Source of the DNA: an uncultured Chloroflexia bacterium
GTDB taxonomy: Bacteria; Chloroflexota; Limnocylindria; Limnocylindrales; CSP1-4
Direction: 5' to 3'
Assembly (NCBI GenBank): GCA_963789865.1
Contig: CAWBMD010000002.1
Location: forward strand, 322,543 to 386,542
DNA: 64,000 nucleotides
Made by a program: the position numbers and the translations under genes. Positions 41,512 to 52,015 of this stretch are shown in pieces; the stretch's first letter is position 1; every line of letters begins with the position of its first letter. The notes under the pieces are model-generated. The model searched no databases, was not told where the DNA came from, and worked only from the letters and a program-made list of their open reading frames with translations.

Positions 41512-41889
41512 GTCGGATCTCCCTTCGTGCGCTCGAGGAACGCGCCCAGCCGGTCGAGGCGGGCTTCGAGCGACTGTTGATGCCTGGCGATCCAGGCGGT
41601 CTCGAGATCGAGCCGCCGCGGACCGAGCGTGCACCGGCGCACGCGCCCGACCTTCTCCGTGGCGATCAGTCCGGCCTCCTCGAGGATCCGGACGTGCTTC
41701 CGCATGCCCGGTCAGGGTCATGTCGAAGCCTGCGGCGAGCTCGCTGATCGACGCATCGGCGCGACCGAGGCGCTCGAGGACGCCGCGCCGGGTCGGGTCT
41801 GACAGCGCGGCGAAGATGATGTCCAGCTCGTCGGCGTCCGGACGCCCGCCACCCGCGGACTCTCCCGGACCGGACTGATACTGAACCAT
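41508..41889 (-). CDS. ArsR/SmtB-family transcriptional regulator (1 frameshift)
   Basis: Pieces IFAALSDPTRRGVLERLGRADASISELAAGFDMTL, then VRKHVRILEEAGLIATEKVGRVRRC in another frame. Confidence 0.7.
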
Positions 41890-42040
41890 ACGGTTCACTA
41901 TGCCTTCGTCACCACCGGATGTCAAGATCCGGATCGGACACGTGTCGTCACGCGGGCTGGATCTGCCCAGGGCTGGATCAGTCCAGGGCTGGATCAGTCC
42001 AGGATGCAACGATCCGGCGTCCGATCGTGTTCCGGAGTTC

Positions 42041-42992
42041 ATGAACGCCATCCGTCGCCTCCCCTGGCAGGCATCCTTCGCAGCGCTTGGGCTGATCTGG
42101 GGCTGTTCGTTCCTGTTCATCAAGCTGGGGCTGCAGTCGTTCACGCCCGTGCAGGTCGCCTTCGGACGACTCGCGATCGGCGCCCTGACGCTGCTCGTCC
42201 TCAGCCGGATCGCCGGTGCCCCTCTTCCACGCTCCTGGAGCACGTGGCGTCACCTCGCGGTCGGTGGCCCTCCTGTTCTGCAGCATCCCGTTCACGTTGT
42301 TCGCCTTCGGTGAGACCCGTGTCTCGTCGGTCCTCGCCGGGATCATCAACGCCGTCACCCCGCTGGCTACCCTGGTGGTCGTCCTGGCCGCCTTCCCGGA
42401 GGAGCGGGTGACCCGCGAGAAGGTCGGCGGACTCGTCATCGGCTTCGTCGGGGTCCTCGTCGTCCTCGGCGTCTGGGCGGGCCTCGGGGCCGGGGAGGTC
42501 GCGGGCGTGGCCGCCTGCGTCGGCGCCGTCTGCTGTTACGGGATCGCCTTCCCCTACACGCGACGACACCTCGTCGGGACCGGGGAGAGCCCGATCACGC
42601 TCGCGACGGGACAGGTGCTCCTCGGGGCAGCGTTCCTCGCCCCGGTGGTCGTCGGCACGGCCGCGGTCGACGGAGGGGCGATCCGGATGCCGATCGAGCC
42701 GGGCACGATCCTCGCGATGCTCGCCCTCGGGGCGCTGGGCTCCGGGATCGCCTACGTCCTGAACACGCGGATCGTCATCGCCGCGGGCGGCACCACCGCG
42801 AGCTCGGTGACCTACGTCACGCCACTGGTCGCGGTGGCCGTTGGCGTCACCCTCCTCAACGAGCCGGTCACGTGGAATGAGCCGGTCGGAGCGCTGATCG
42901 TGCTGTTCGGCGTCGCGGTCGCCCAGGGTCGGGTCGGCCTGCGATCCCTCCGGCTTCCGGGACGCGCCGTCGTCGACCAGCACCGCGGCTGA
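42041..42992 (+). CDS. DMT superfamily (EamA-like) transporter (1 frameshift near 42250)
   Basis: Pieces LGLIWGCSFLFIKLGL, ALLFCSIPFTLFAFGE and SVTYVTPLVAVAVGVTLLNEP. Ten hydrophobic segments. Confidence 0.75.
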
Positions 42993-43126
42993 CGTCTGGT
43001 CACGGAGGAGTGAGGACCAGCGGCTGGTGGTCTCGCCCTATTCGTCGTCTTCCTCGCTCTCCCTGACCGGCCGCGCTCATCGACGGGCGCGGCTCCAAGA
43101 CGGGCGAGTCGCATGACGCTCACCGC

Positions 43127-43141
43127 TACAGTAGGCGCGTG
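43127..43141 (+). promoter_or_regulatory. candidate -10 element TACAGT placed 6 nt before the GTG start (leaderless-type arrangement)
   Basis: TACAGT at 43127-43132, GTG at 43139, no Shine-Dalgarno sequence. The same ctacagta box precedes the paralog at 62677. Confidence 0.35.
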
Positions 43142-44339
43142 GAGAGATACGAGATCGCCGACGCGGCCGTGCGGGCCGGGGTCAGCATCGACGAGCTGCG
43201 TCGGCTTGTCGACCTGGGCATCCTCACGCCGGACGCCGAGCACCGGTTCACGTCGGGTGACGTCCGCCGCGTCGGGATGGTCGCCAGCCTGACGGCCGCG
43301 GGCATCCCGCTCGACGGCCTGGCCGCGGCCATCCGGAGCGGCCAGGTCTCGCTCGACTTCCTCGACGAATCCGCCTATGAGCGGTTCTCGGCGCTCAGCG
43401 GGTCGACGTTCGCCGAGTTCGGTGAGCGCACCGGCATCCCGGTCCCCTTGCTGATGCTCATCCGCGAGGCTGCCGGTTCGCCTCCGCCGCGTCCGGACGA
43501 TCTGATCCGCGACGATGAGCTGCCGTATGCCGCGTTCATCGAGGCGCAGGTCAACGCCGGGTTCGATCCGGCGGCCAGCCAGGGACTGCTCCGGGTCCAG
43601 GGCGACAGCCTGCGCCGCATGGCCGAGACGGAGACGGCCTGGTGGCGATCCGAGGTCATCATGCCGGCCGTCGCGGCGGGCAAGCGGCCCGACGAGATCC
43701 TCGGGGCCGACTTCGCGAATCGGATGAGCATCCTGGCCGAGCAGGCCATCCTCGGGATGTACCACCTCCAGCAGGCACAGGCCTGGACCGGCACCATCAT
43801 CGAAGGCCTGGAGATGCAGCTGGCCGCCGCCGGCCTGCACAGCCGCCTCGAGCATCCGCCGGCGATGTGCTTCCTGGACGTCACCGGCTACACGAGGCTG
43901 ACACAGGAGCGGGGCGACACCGCGGCGGCTGGACTCGCCGGAGCAGCTCGGTCGACTCGTGCAGCGATCGTCGGTCAAGCACGGCGGCCGGCCCATCAAG
44001 TGGCTCGGCGACGGGGTCATGCTGTTCTTCCCGGATCCCGGACGCGGCGTGGTGGCCGCCATCGAGATGTCGGCGGGCGTCGCCGAGGCCGGGCTGCCGC
44101 CGGCCCACGTCGGCCTCCACGCCGGGCCGGTGATCTTCCAGGACGGCGACTACTACGGCCAGACCGTGAACCTGGCCTCCCGCATCGCCGACTATGCCCG
44201 GCCGGGCGAGGTGCTGGTCAGCCAGGAGGTCGTCGCGGCATCGGCCGGGGCCGAGGTCGTCTTCCGCGAGATCGGCCCGGTCGAGCTCAAGGGCGTGACC
44301 GGTTCGATCCGCCTGCACGCCGCCACGAGGCCCGGCTAG
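43139..44339 (+). CDS. MerR-like HTH - helical linker - class III nucleotidyl cyclase domain protein (1 frameshift)
   Basis: Pieces RYEIADAAVRAGVSIDELRRLVDLGILTPD, MCFLDVTGYTRL, KWLGDGVMLFF, GLHAGPVIF and YYGQTVNLASRIA. An extra G in CCGGAG at 43938-43943 shifts the frame. Confidence 0.75.
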
Positions 44340-44653
44340 CGGGCTGAACGACAAGCGCGGGCCTCCGAAGTCCTGCCCGGGTTCGCTGGCGGGCTCGCCT
44401 TCTCGACCGCCGGTCGCTCCCCTGGCAAGAGGCCTCCCGTGATCCGTAGCATGCCGTCGCAGTCGCAAGACGACAGCGTCGGCGGCGAGCGTGGTCGGCT
44501 TGCGGGTTTGGTCGCGGCCGTTCGGCTGCAGGTACCCACGCGGTCCCATCCCATCGAGCGCCCTCAGCGGCAGAGAGCGTCGAGCAGAGCTGGCGCCGGT
44601 GGGCGGAGCAGGTCGGGCTCAGCGTCGACGGGGTACCCGCGCGAATAGTGCGC

Positions 44654-44707
44654 TTGACGGCGCCGGACGTCGACCTATACTCAGTCGCACTTACTACGTC
44701 TGACTGA
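44654..44707 (+). promoter_or_regulatory. near-consensus sigma-70-type promoter plus a palindrome upstream of the PadR gene
   Basis: TTGACG (44654-44659), 16-nt spacer, TATACT (44676-44681). Inverted repeat TCAGTC (44681-44686) / GACTGA (44702-44707). GAGGTG lies before the GTG at 44722. Confidence 0.5.
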
Positions 44708-44721
44708 AATGAGGTGAACGC

Positions 44722-45048
44722 GTGGAGAACGACGCAGGGCGGCTGTCCGACCCGGGCCTGCTCATCCTCGCGAGCCTCGCCGACGGCGCGAAGCACGGCT
44801 ACGGCATCCTCGAGGACATCGTCCGCTTCAGCAATGTTCGCTTCGAGCCGGGCACGCTCTACGGGGCGCTCGCTCGCCTCGAGCGCGAGGGGCTGGTCGC
44901 GGCGCTCGAGCCCGCCGGCCGGCGCCGGCCGTACACGCTCACCGCCACGGGTCACGGCGTCCTCGAGGCCCGGCTCGCGACGATGGAGCGCGTCGTGAGC
45001 GTCGGGCGCCAGCGGACGGCCCGCGTTCCGCTGGAGGTGCCTCAATGA
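44722..45048 (+). CDS. PadR-family transcriptional regulator
   Basis: Intact. Piece LLILASLADGAKHGYGILEDI...EPGTLYGALARLEREGLV. Confidence 0.85.
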   Translation: MENDAGRLSDPGLLILASLADGAKHGYGILEDIVRFSNVRFEPGTLYGALARLEREGLVAALEPAGRRRPYTLTATGHGVLEARLATMERVVSVGRQRTARVPLEVPQ

Positions 45049-45899
45049 GGACGCGCGGCTGGCTTCGAGCCACGTGCAGGCTGGTGCTGGCGCTCTACCC
45101 CGGCACCTGGCGGGCCCGCTACGGTGCGGAGCTCGAGGAGGTCCTCGACCAGCACCGCGTCACGCCGTCCACCGTCGCCGACCTCGCGGCCAGCGCGATC
45201 CACGCCCATCGCCACCCGGAGCTCGGCCCCGCCGAGGCGCTCCCGATGGCTGCTCGCCTGCATTCGACCTTCGGTCCGGTGGTGCTGGCCACAGGGCCGT
45301 TCGCACTGGCATGGGCGGGGGTCGTAACCGTGAGGGTCCGGGATCCCCGGGTCTGGATGTTCGACAGTCCGAGAGGCGCGGATGAGGCGGTCAAGGTCGT
45401 CGCGCTCGCAGGCGCCGTCGGCTTGCTCGCGATCATGGCCGCCGCGCTCCTGTTCCTCTGGTCGGCCGGCCTGCGCCGGCAACGACAGCGTCGCGGCGTG
45501 GTTGTCCCGCTCGCCGTCACTGCCCTCGCGCTTGCCGCATTCGTCGGGCTGCTCGTGGCGGCCGCGTCCGCGGTCGACTCCACTGGTAGCGGCGCGCTCT
45601 GGTGGCCCGCACTCCTCGGCTGGACCCTCGTGTCGGCGGGCGTCGCGGGGGCGGTCGCCCACGCGACGCCGGATCCGAGCATCGTCCGCCCGTGCATCGC
45701 GCTGGTGCGGCTCGGCGTGGGCGCCATGGCGCTCGCGGTGGCGGGCAGCGTCTGCGTCGGCGCCGCCCTGTACCTCGAGGCCACCGCGATCGGCGCTCCC
45801 GTGATCCCGATCATCCTCATGACGGGCGCGGTGGTGTGGGCCGCGGGCGCCCTTCGCCGCGCCGGCGTTCAGGGGCCTGGCAGCCGGCGGGTCACATAG
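45045..45899 (+). CDS. membrane protein co-transcribed with PadR (ATGA overlap)
   Basis: Intact. Piece LALYPGTWRARYGAELEEVL followed by 6 or more hydrophobic helices. Confidence 0.65.
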   Translation: MRTRGWLRATCRLVLALYPGTWRARYGAELEEVLDQHRVTPSTVADLAASAIHAHRHPELGPAEALPMAARLHSTFGPVVLATGPFALAWAGVVTVRVRDPRVWMFDSPRGADEAVKVVALAGAVGLLAIMAAALLFLWSAGLRRQRQRRGVVVPLAVTALALAAFVGLLVAAASAVDSTGSGALWWPALLGWTLVSAGVAGAVAHATPDPSIVRPCIALVRLGVGAMALAVAGSVCVGAALYLEATAIGAPVIPIILMTGAVVWAAGALRRAGVQGPGSRRVT

Positions 45900-46018
45900 G
45901 CACGCGGACGCGCCTGCCAGAAGCCCAACGGTCGGGCGCGGCAACGAGTCGCAGCCGCGCTGCTCACCGGAACCGCGGCCACAGCCCCGCAACTCCCCGC
46001 GGCGCATAGAATCCGGCG

Positions 46019-47683
46019 ATGAACCTCGCCACACGCGCCCCCGAACCGATCTCGGCGGATGCCGCAACGACGCCTGTCGTCATCGTCGGCGCCGGTCTCG
46101 CCGGCCTGACCGTCGCCCTGCAGCTCGCCGATCGACACCGGATCATCGTGCTCGCCAAGCGCGGCTTCGACGAGGCAGGGACCGCGTGGGCCCAGGGCGG
46201 CATCGTCGGTGTGCTGGGTGACGACGACAGCGTGGAGCTGCACGTCCACGACACCCAGGAGGCCGGCGCAGGCCTCGTCGACGAGCACGCCGCCGAGTTC
46301 ATCGCCGAGCACAGCGCCCAGGCGATCCAATGGCTCGTGGACGAAGGGGTGCCCTTCACCAGGGACCCGGAAGGCCCCCTGGGCCTCCACCTGACACGCG
46401 AAGGCGGCCACGCGGTCAGGCGGATCGCCCACGCCGCCGACGCGACCGGGCGCGCGATCCACGAGACGCTCCTCGCCCGCGCCCGGCGCCACCCGAACAT
46501 CACGATGCGCGAGCGCTGGATGGCGATCGACGTCGTCACGTCGCGACATCTCCACCGCGAGGGGCCCCCGCGCTGCTATGGCGTCTATGCGCTCGACCTG
46601 GACAGCGGGCGCGTCGAGACGCTGGCGGCCGACGCGGTGGTGCTCGCGACCGGCGGCGTCGGCAAGGTGTACCGCTACACGACGAACCCGGACACGTCGA
46701 CGGGAGACGGGATCGCGATGGGCTGGCGCGCCGGCTGCCGGGTGGGGAACATGGAGTTCATCCAGTTCCACCCGACCTGCCTCTATCACCCCATGGAACG
46801 AAGCTTCCTGATCAGCGAGGCACTCCGGGGCGAGGGGGCACACCTCACGCTGCCCGACGGCACCCGGTTCATGGCGGCGCACGACCCGCGCATGGAGCTG
46901 GCGCCGCGCGACATCGTCGCCCGCGCGATCGACTTCGAGATGAAGAAGCACGGCCTGGACCACGTGTGGCTGGATGCCACGCACCTCGGGGAGGCATTCC
47001 TGGTGGAGCACTTCCCGACGATCCACGCCCGGTGTCTCGAGCTCGGCATCGACATCGCCCGGCAGCCGATCCCGGTTGTGCCGGCGGCGCACTACACCTG
47101 CGGAGGGGTGGTCACGGACCTCGACGGTCGGACGGACCTGCCGGGCCTCTACGCCGTCGGCGAGACCGCCCACACCGGACTCCACGGCGCGAACCGGCTC
47201 GCGAGCAACTCGCTGCTCGAATGCGTGGTCATCGGCCGATCCTGTGCCGCCCGCATCGACCGCGAGCCGCCCGCCGAGAAGGCTCCGCTCCCGGACTGGG
47301 ACGAGAGCCGGGTGGAGGACGCCGACGAGCAGGTCGTGATCTCGCACAACTGGGACGAGCTGCGGCTGGTCATGTGGAACTACGTCGGCATCGTGCGAAC
47401 CACGAAACGGCTCGAACGCGCGCTCCGGAGGATCAACCTCCTGCGGGCCGAGATCGACGAGTACTACGCCGCCTTCCGGGTCAGCCGCGACCTCCTGGAG
47501 CTGCGCAACCTCGTGGATTGCGCGGAGCTCGTGGTCCGGTCGGCGCTGGAGCGTCACGAGAGCCGCGGCCTGCATTTCAGCCGCGACTACCCGTACACGC
47601 TCCCGGCCAGCTTCCCGACCATCCTGACCCGCGGGCCGCGGGAGCCCGAGCCACGGACCGGCTACACGAACCGCATCGAGTAG
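46019..47683 (+). CDS. nadB: L-aspartate oxidase
   Basis: Intact. Pieces [57 protein letters not shown] and ESRGLHF. Confidence 0.9.
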   Translation: MNLATRAPEPISADAATTPVVIVGAGLAGLTVALQLADRHRIIVLAKRGFDEAGTAWAQGGIVGVLGDDDSVELHVHDTQEAGAGLVDEHAAEFIAEHSAQAIQWLVDEGVPFTRDPEGPLGLHLTREGGHAVRRIAHAADATGRAIHETLLARARRHPNITMRERWMAIDVVTSRHLHREGPPRCYGVYALDLDSGRVETLAADAVVLATGGVGKVYRYTTNPDTSTGDGIAMGWRAGCRVGNMEFIQFHPTCLYHPMERSFLISEALRGEGAHLTLPDGTRFMAAHDPRMELAPRDIVARAIDFEMKKHGLDHVWLDATHLGEAFLVEHFPTIHARCLELGIDIARQPIPVVPAAHYTCGGVVTDLDGRTDLPGLYAVGETAHTGLHGANRLASNSLLECVVIGRSCAARIDREPPAEKAPLPDWDESRVEDADEQVVISHNWDELRLVMWNYVGIVRTTKRLERALRRINLLRAEIDEYYAAFRVSRDLLELRNLVDCAELVVRSALERHESRGLHFSRDYPYTLPASFPTILTRGPREPEPRTGYTNRIE

Positions 47684-48531
47684 TCGACCGCCCGCACGTC
47701 CTTGGTCAGCGCGCCGACGGAGATGCGGTCGACGCCCGTCCCGGCGATCTCCCGGAGCTGGTCCAGGGTCACCCCGCCCGAGACCTCCAGCAACGCCCGT
47801 CCGGCGGTCAGGGCGACAGCGTCGCGCACGCGCTCGAGCGTGAAGTTGTCCAGGAGGACGCTGGTGGCGCCCGCCGCGAGCGCGTCCCGCAGCTGGTCGA
47901 GTTGCTCAACCTCGACCTGGATGTCAACCCCAGCACCGAGCGCGGCCGCCCGCTCCAGGGCCGCCGCGATGCCGCCCGCAGCCGCGATGTGGTTCTCCTT
48001 GATGAGGATGCCGTCCCAGAGCGCGAGGCGCTGGTTCGCCCCGCCCCCGGTGCGGACCGCGTACTTCTGCGCCTGGCGCAGACCCGGGACCGTCTTGCGG
48101 GTGTCGAGGATCGCGCAGCCGCGGGGGTTCGGCGAGGCCCCGTCGATCGCGCGCACGTAGTGCCGCGTGATCGTCGCGGTGCCCGAGAGCAGCTGGAGGA
48201 AGTTCAGGGCCGGGCGCTCTGCCGTGAGCAGCGCGCGCGCATCGGCGCGCAGCTCGCAGACCTGGGCATCGGCCGCCATGTCGGCGCCGTCCGCGTAGCG
48301 CCACTCGATCCGGGCCTCGGGGTCGAGGGCCCGCACGCACGCCTCGAACCAGTCGCGCCCGCACAGGACGGCCGCTTCGCGGACGGTCACCCGCGCGGTG
48401 GCCGGGTGCTGAGGGACCAGGCGGGCGGTCCAGTCCCCGGTTCCCACGTCCTCGCGCAGCGCGTCGCGCACGTTGCGGGCGCGCGCCTGCTCGAGGGTCT
48501 CGTTCGCGACCGACGGGGTGAAGGCCTCCAT
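47662..48531 (-). CDS. nadC: nicotinate-nucleotide diphosphorylase (carboxylating)
   Basis: Intact. Pieces [28 protein letters not shown] and ILIKENH. 22-bp convergent overlap with nadB. Confidence 0.9.
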   Translation of the reverse strand: MEAFTPSVANETLEQARARNVRDALREDVGTGDWTARLVPQHPATARVTVREAAVLCGRDWFEACVRALDPEARIEWRYADGADMAADAQVCELRADARALLTAERPALNFLQLLSGTATITRHYVRAIDGASPNPRGCAILDTRKTVPGLRQAQKYAVRTGGGANQRLALWDGILIKENHIAAAGGIAAALERAAALGAGVDIQVEVEQLDQLRDALAAGATSVLLDNFTLERVRDAVALTAGRALLEVSGGVTLDQLREIAGTGVDRISVGALTKDVRAVDYSMRFV

Positions 48532-48542
48532 CCCGGGCCGCC

Positions 48543-49656
48543 TCAGGCCGAGCCGAGATGCGGCACGAACCCGTGGTCCGGTGCGGCGAGGCTGTCGGGG
48601 TTCGCGGCGACGAACGCGAGCATCCGCTCGATGGAGAGCTGGGCGCGGACACGCGTCGGCTCGGGCACGGCGACCTCGCCGGTCCCTCGCTCCAGGCAGT
48701 CGATCACGCCCTGCACGGCGTTCATCGCCATCCACGGGCAGTGCGCACAGCTCTTGCAGGTGGCACTGCTGCCCGCGGTCGGGGCCTCGATCAGGACCTT
48801 GCCCGGGAGCCAGCTGGCGCATGCGGTGGAAGATGCCGTTGTCCGTCGCGACGATGTACTCGCGGGCGTCGCCCTCGACGACGGCCTTGAGCAGCTGGGA
48901 CGTCGAGCCGACGACGTCGGCCTGGGCCACGACGCTCTCGGGCGATTCCGGGTGGACCAGCACCCGGGCGCCGGGGTGCTCAGCGCGCAGGAGCTCGAGC
49001 TCGATGCCCTTGAACTCCTCGTGGACAACGCAGCTGCCGTCCCACAGCACGATGTCCGCGCCGGTCTCGCGCGCGATGTAGCCCCCGAGGTACCGGTCGG
49101 GCGCCCACAGGATCCTCTCGCCGGCATCGGCGAGGTGCCGCACGATCGCCAGCGCACAGGAGCTCGTGACCACCCAGTCGGCTCGCGCCTTCACCGCGGC
49201 GCTGGTGTTCGCATACACGACGACGGTGCGGTCGGGGTTCGCGTCGCAGAACGCGGCGAACGCGTCGGGCGGGCAGCCGAGGTCGAGGGAGCAGGTGGCC
49301 TCGAGGTCTGGCATCAGCACGCGCTTCTCGGGACTCAGGATCTTCGCCGTCTCGCCCATGAACCGGACGCCCGCGACGACGAGCGTCCTCGCCTCGTGGT
49401 CGCGCCCGAAGCGGGCCATCTCGAGCGAGTCCGCGACGCACCCACCCGTCTGGAGCGCGAGGTCCTGGATGTCAGCGTCGACGTAGAAGTGCGCGACCAG
49501 GGCAGCGTCGTGATCGCGCAGCAGGGTCGCGGCGCGGGCCATCTGCTCGGCCCGCTCGGACGGCGTGGGGACCCTCGGCACCCGTGCCCACGCCAGGGCG
49601 AGACGGTTCGAACCGTCACCGGCGGGCTGGGAGTACTCGACCTGCACCTGGGACAT
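48543..49656 (-). CDS. nadA: quinolinate synthase, long E. coli-like type (1 frameshift near 48800)
   Basis: Pieces [70 protein letters not shown] and VHPESP, then [22 protein letters not shown] in another frame. Confidence 0.85.
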
Positions 49657-49928
49657 GACCTGGGTTCGCTCGCTGGAAGGTCTGCGCAAGTGCGCAGCAG
49701 CCGGATCCTACCCCCCAGGCTTCGGATCCACACACGGAGGCTTCTCCCATCATGCGACCGTGGGATCGCGGGCCGCGGCGGAACCGGTCGATGGCCGCGC
49801 TGGGACGCCCGCGCTCGGCTTCAGCCTGGCCAGCGTAGAGGTACGGCAGTTGTCCCGATCGTCGCAGCCGCCGACGACGTCTCCCCGCCCCGTCCGTGGT
49901 TCGCCGTGCCCGGCGTGACCGGGTGGCC

Positions 49929-50281
49929 GTGCCGTGGCGCAACCGGATCACCGGCCACGGCCAGGTGGTGCCGGCCGACCTCGTCGCCAATCCCGACACT
50001 GGCGCCGGCACCCGCGCCGCCAGCGGGCGACCCTCGCGGGCGCGATCTCGGCGGTCGGCCTGGTCGCCGGCGTGACCGTCAACCGCGTGACCGGCAATAT
50101 GCTCGACGGCCACCTGCGCACCGAGCTCGCGCTCGAGCGGGGTGAGTCGTACCTCGACGTCACCTACGTCGAGCTCAGCCCCGAGGAGGAGCGGCTCGTC
50201 CTCGCGACCCTCGACCCGCTGGGAGCGACGGTCGAGATCACGGACCGGCGTCGGTCCGTGACCCCGGTGACCGTCGCCTGA
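49929..50281 (+). pseudogene. truncated ParB-like N-terminal (ParBc) domain, the kind fused to phage/ICE DNA methylases; 1 frameshift
   Basis: VPWRNRITGHGQVVPADLVANPD / NWRRHPRRQRATLAGAISAVGLVAGVTVNRVTGNMLDGHLRTELALERGESYLDVTYVELSPEEERLVLATLDPLGA. The ORF ends about 15 codons later with no further domain. Confidence 0.5.
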
Positions 50282-50420
50282 GCCTCCGCGGCAGCGTCGG
50301 TCGTCACCACGGCCCTCGCCGACGATCGGCCGGCACGACGACGGGCGCCCGAGCGTGACCCGGGGCGCCCTGCGTCGTCGGTCGAGGACCGAAGCGTCGA
50401 CCGCCGGTGTGATCCGGAGG

Positions 50421-51893
50421 CTACGGCCGCCCAGCCGCCATGTCGTATTGCAGGTAGACGACGTGGGTTCGCGTGTACTCGAGCACGCCGTACTTGCCGT
50501 CCGCGCCCCCGATCCCCGACTTTCGCCAGCCGGCATGGAACCCCTGCATGTTCTCCATCATGTTCTCGCGATTGACGTATGTCTCCCCGAACCGGAGCTC
50601 GTTGCACGCTCTCATGATCACGTCGACGTTCTTGGTGAAGATCGACGACGCAAGACCGTAGATCGAGTCGTTCGCCCAGGCGATCGCTTCGTCGAGGTCG
50701 TCGAACGCCACGACCGGCATCACCGGCCCGAAGATCTCCTCGCGGACGATCGCCATGTCCTGGCGGCAGTTGGCGATGACGGTCGCCGGATAGTAGTGAC
50801 CCTCCGGCCTGTCCTCGGCACGCTTGCCGCCCGTCACGATCTGGCCGCCATCGGCGGTGGCACGCTCCACGCGTCCGCTGACCGCCTCCAGCTGCCGCTC
50901 GCTCACGAGGGGACCCAGGTCGCGGCCCTCATCGACGAGCGCGTTCCCGTACGTCGCCTGGCTCATGGCCGAGGCCAGCCGGTCAGTGAGATCGGCGGCG
51001 ACGCTCTGATGCACGTAGGTCCGGTCGGGCGCGCCGCACACCTGTCCCGTGTTCAGGAGGCGACCTGCCTTGATGGCCCTGACCGCCATGTCCAGGTCGG
51101 CGTCCGGCATCACGATGACCGGATGGCTGCCGCCGAGCTCCAGGCTCACCTTCGTGATGTTCCTCGCGGCGAGCTCCATGACCCGGGAGCCCGTCCTGAT
51201 GCTGCCCGTGACGGTCACCATGCCGATGAGCGGGTTCGAGGCCAGTTCCTCGCCGACGATCGGTCCGTAACCGCACACGATGTTGACGACTCCGGCGGGG
51301 ACGCCCGCCTCGTCGAAGATGTGGCCGAGCTCGAGGGTGCTGTTCGGCGTGATCTCACTCGGCTTCACGACGATGGCGTTGCCTGTGAGAAGCGCCGGGG
51401 CAACCTTCCGCGCGAGGACGTAGAGCGGGAAGTTCCAGGGGACGATGCCCCCGATGACGCCGATTGGCTGCCGCAGCAGCAGCTGCATGTCGTTCGGCTG
51501 GTCGCTGGCGATGACCTCGCCCTCGATGCGGCGGGCCCACTCTGCCGTGTAGTCGAAGTAGTTCGCCGTCCCCTCCACTTCGCCCCGCGCCTGGTCGAGG
51601 GGCTTGCCCTGCTCCTCGGACAGGGTCCGGGCCAAGTGCTCGGCATCCTTTCGGATACCGGCGGCAATCTTGTGCAGGTAGTTCGCGCGTTCGACGGGGG
51701 CCAGCTTCCCCCACGTGCGTTGTGCCCGCTCCGCGCACTCGATCGCTTCGCGCGCATCCTCAACCGACGAGTCGGGCACGTTGGAAACGACGGCACCGGT
51801 GGCCGGGTTCTCGACGGGCAGCGTCTTGTCGCCCTGCGCGCCGACGAATTGACCGTTCACGTAGTTCTGATAAAGCCGGGTTGCGACAGCCAT
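50421..51893 (-). CDS. NAD-dependent aldehyde dehydrogenase (lactaldehyde/glycolaldehyde dehydrogenase-like)
   Basis: GGAGGT then ATG at 51893. Intact. Pieces VPWNFP, ELGGSHP, NTGQVCGAPDR and EEIFGPV. Confidence 0.9.
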   Translation of the reverse strand: MAVATRLYQNYVNGQFVGAQGDKTLPVENPATGAVVSNVPDSSVEDAREAIECAERAQRTWGKLAPVERANYLHKIAAGIRKDAEHLARTLSEEQGKPLDQARGEVEGTANYFDYTAEWARRIEGEVIASDQPNDMQLLLRQPIGVIGGIVPWNFPLYVLARKVAPALLTGNAIVVKPSEITPNSTLELGHIFDEAGVPAGVVNIVCGYGPIVGEELASNPLIGMVTVTGSIRTGSRVMELAARNITKVSLELGGSHPVIVMPDADLDMAVRAIKAGRLLNTGQVCGAPDRTYVHQSVAADLTDRLASAMSQATYGNALVDEGRDLGPLVSERQLEAVSGRVERATADGGQIVTGGKRAEDRPEGHYYPATVIANCRQDMAIVREEIFGPVMPVVAFDDLDEAIAWANDSIYGLASSIFTKNVDVIMRACNELRFGETYVNRENMMENMQGFHAGWRKSGIGGADGKYGVLEYTRTHVVYLQYDMAAGRP

Positions 51894-52015
51894 TTGTGAC
51901 CTCCGAGTCGACCCTCCGCATCCGGGATGCGGCATAGACCTTGGGGCAGGGCGCGAAGCCGCCGGTCAGCGCCGGCCAGCTCCGCGTCCGCCACTTACAC
52001 CACAGGCGCTGGCGG

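Noticed and set aside
46330-50145. 1271-aa ORF on the plus strand, the longest in the track
   Set aside because: It runs out of frame or antisense through nadB, nadC and nadA. It has Arg/Pro/Gly/Ala-dominated low-complexity composition, typical of spurious ORFs in GC-rich DNA. The overlapping nad genes have unmistakable motifs.
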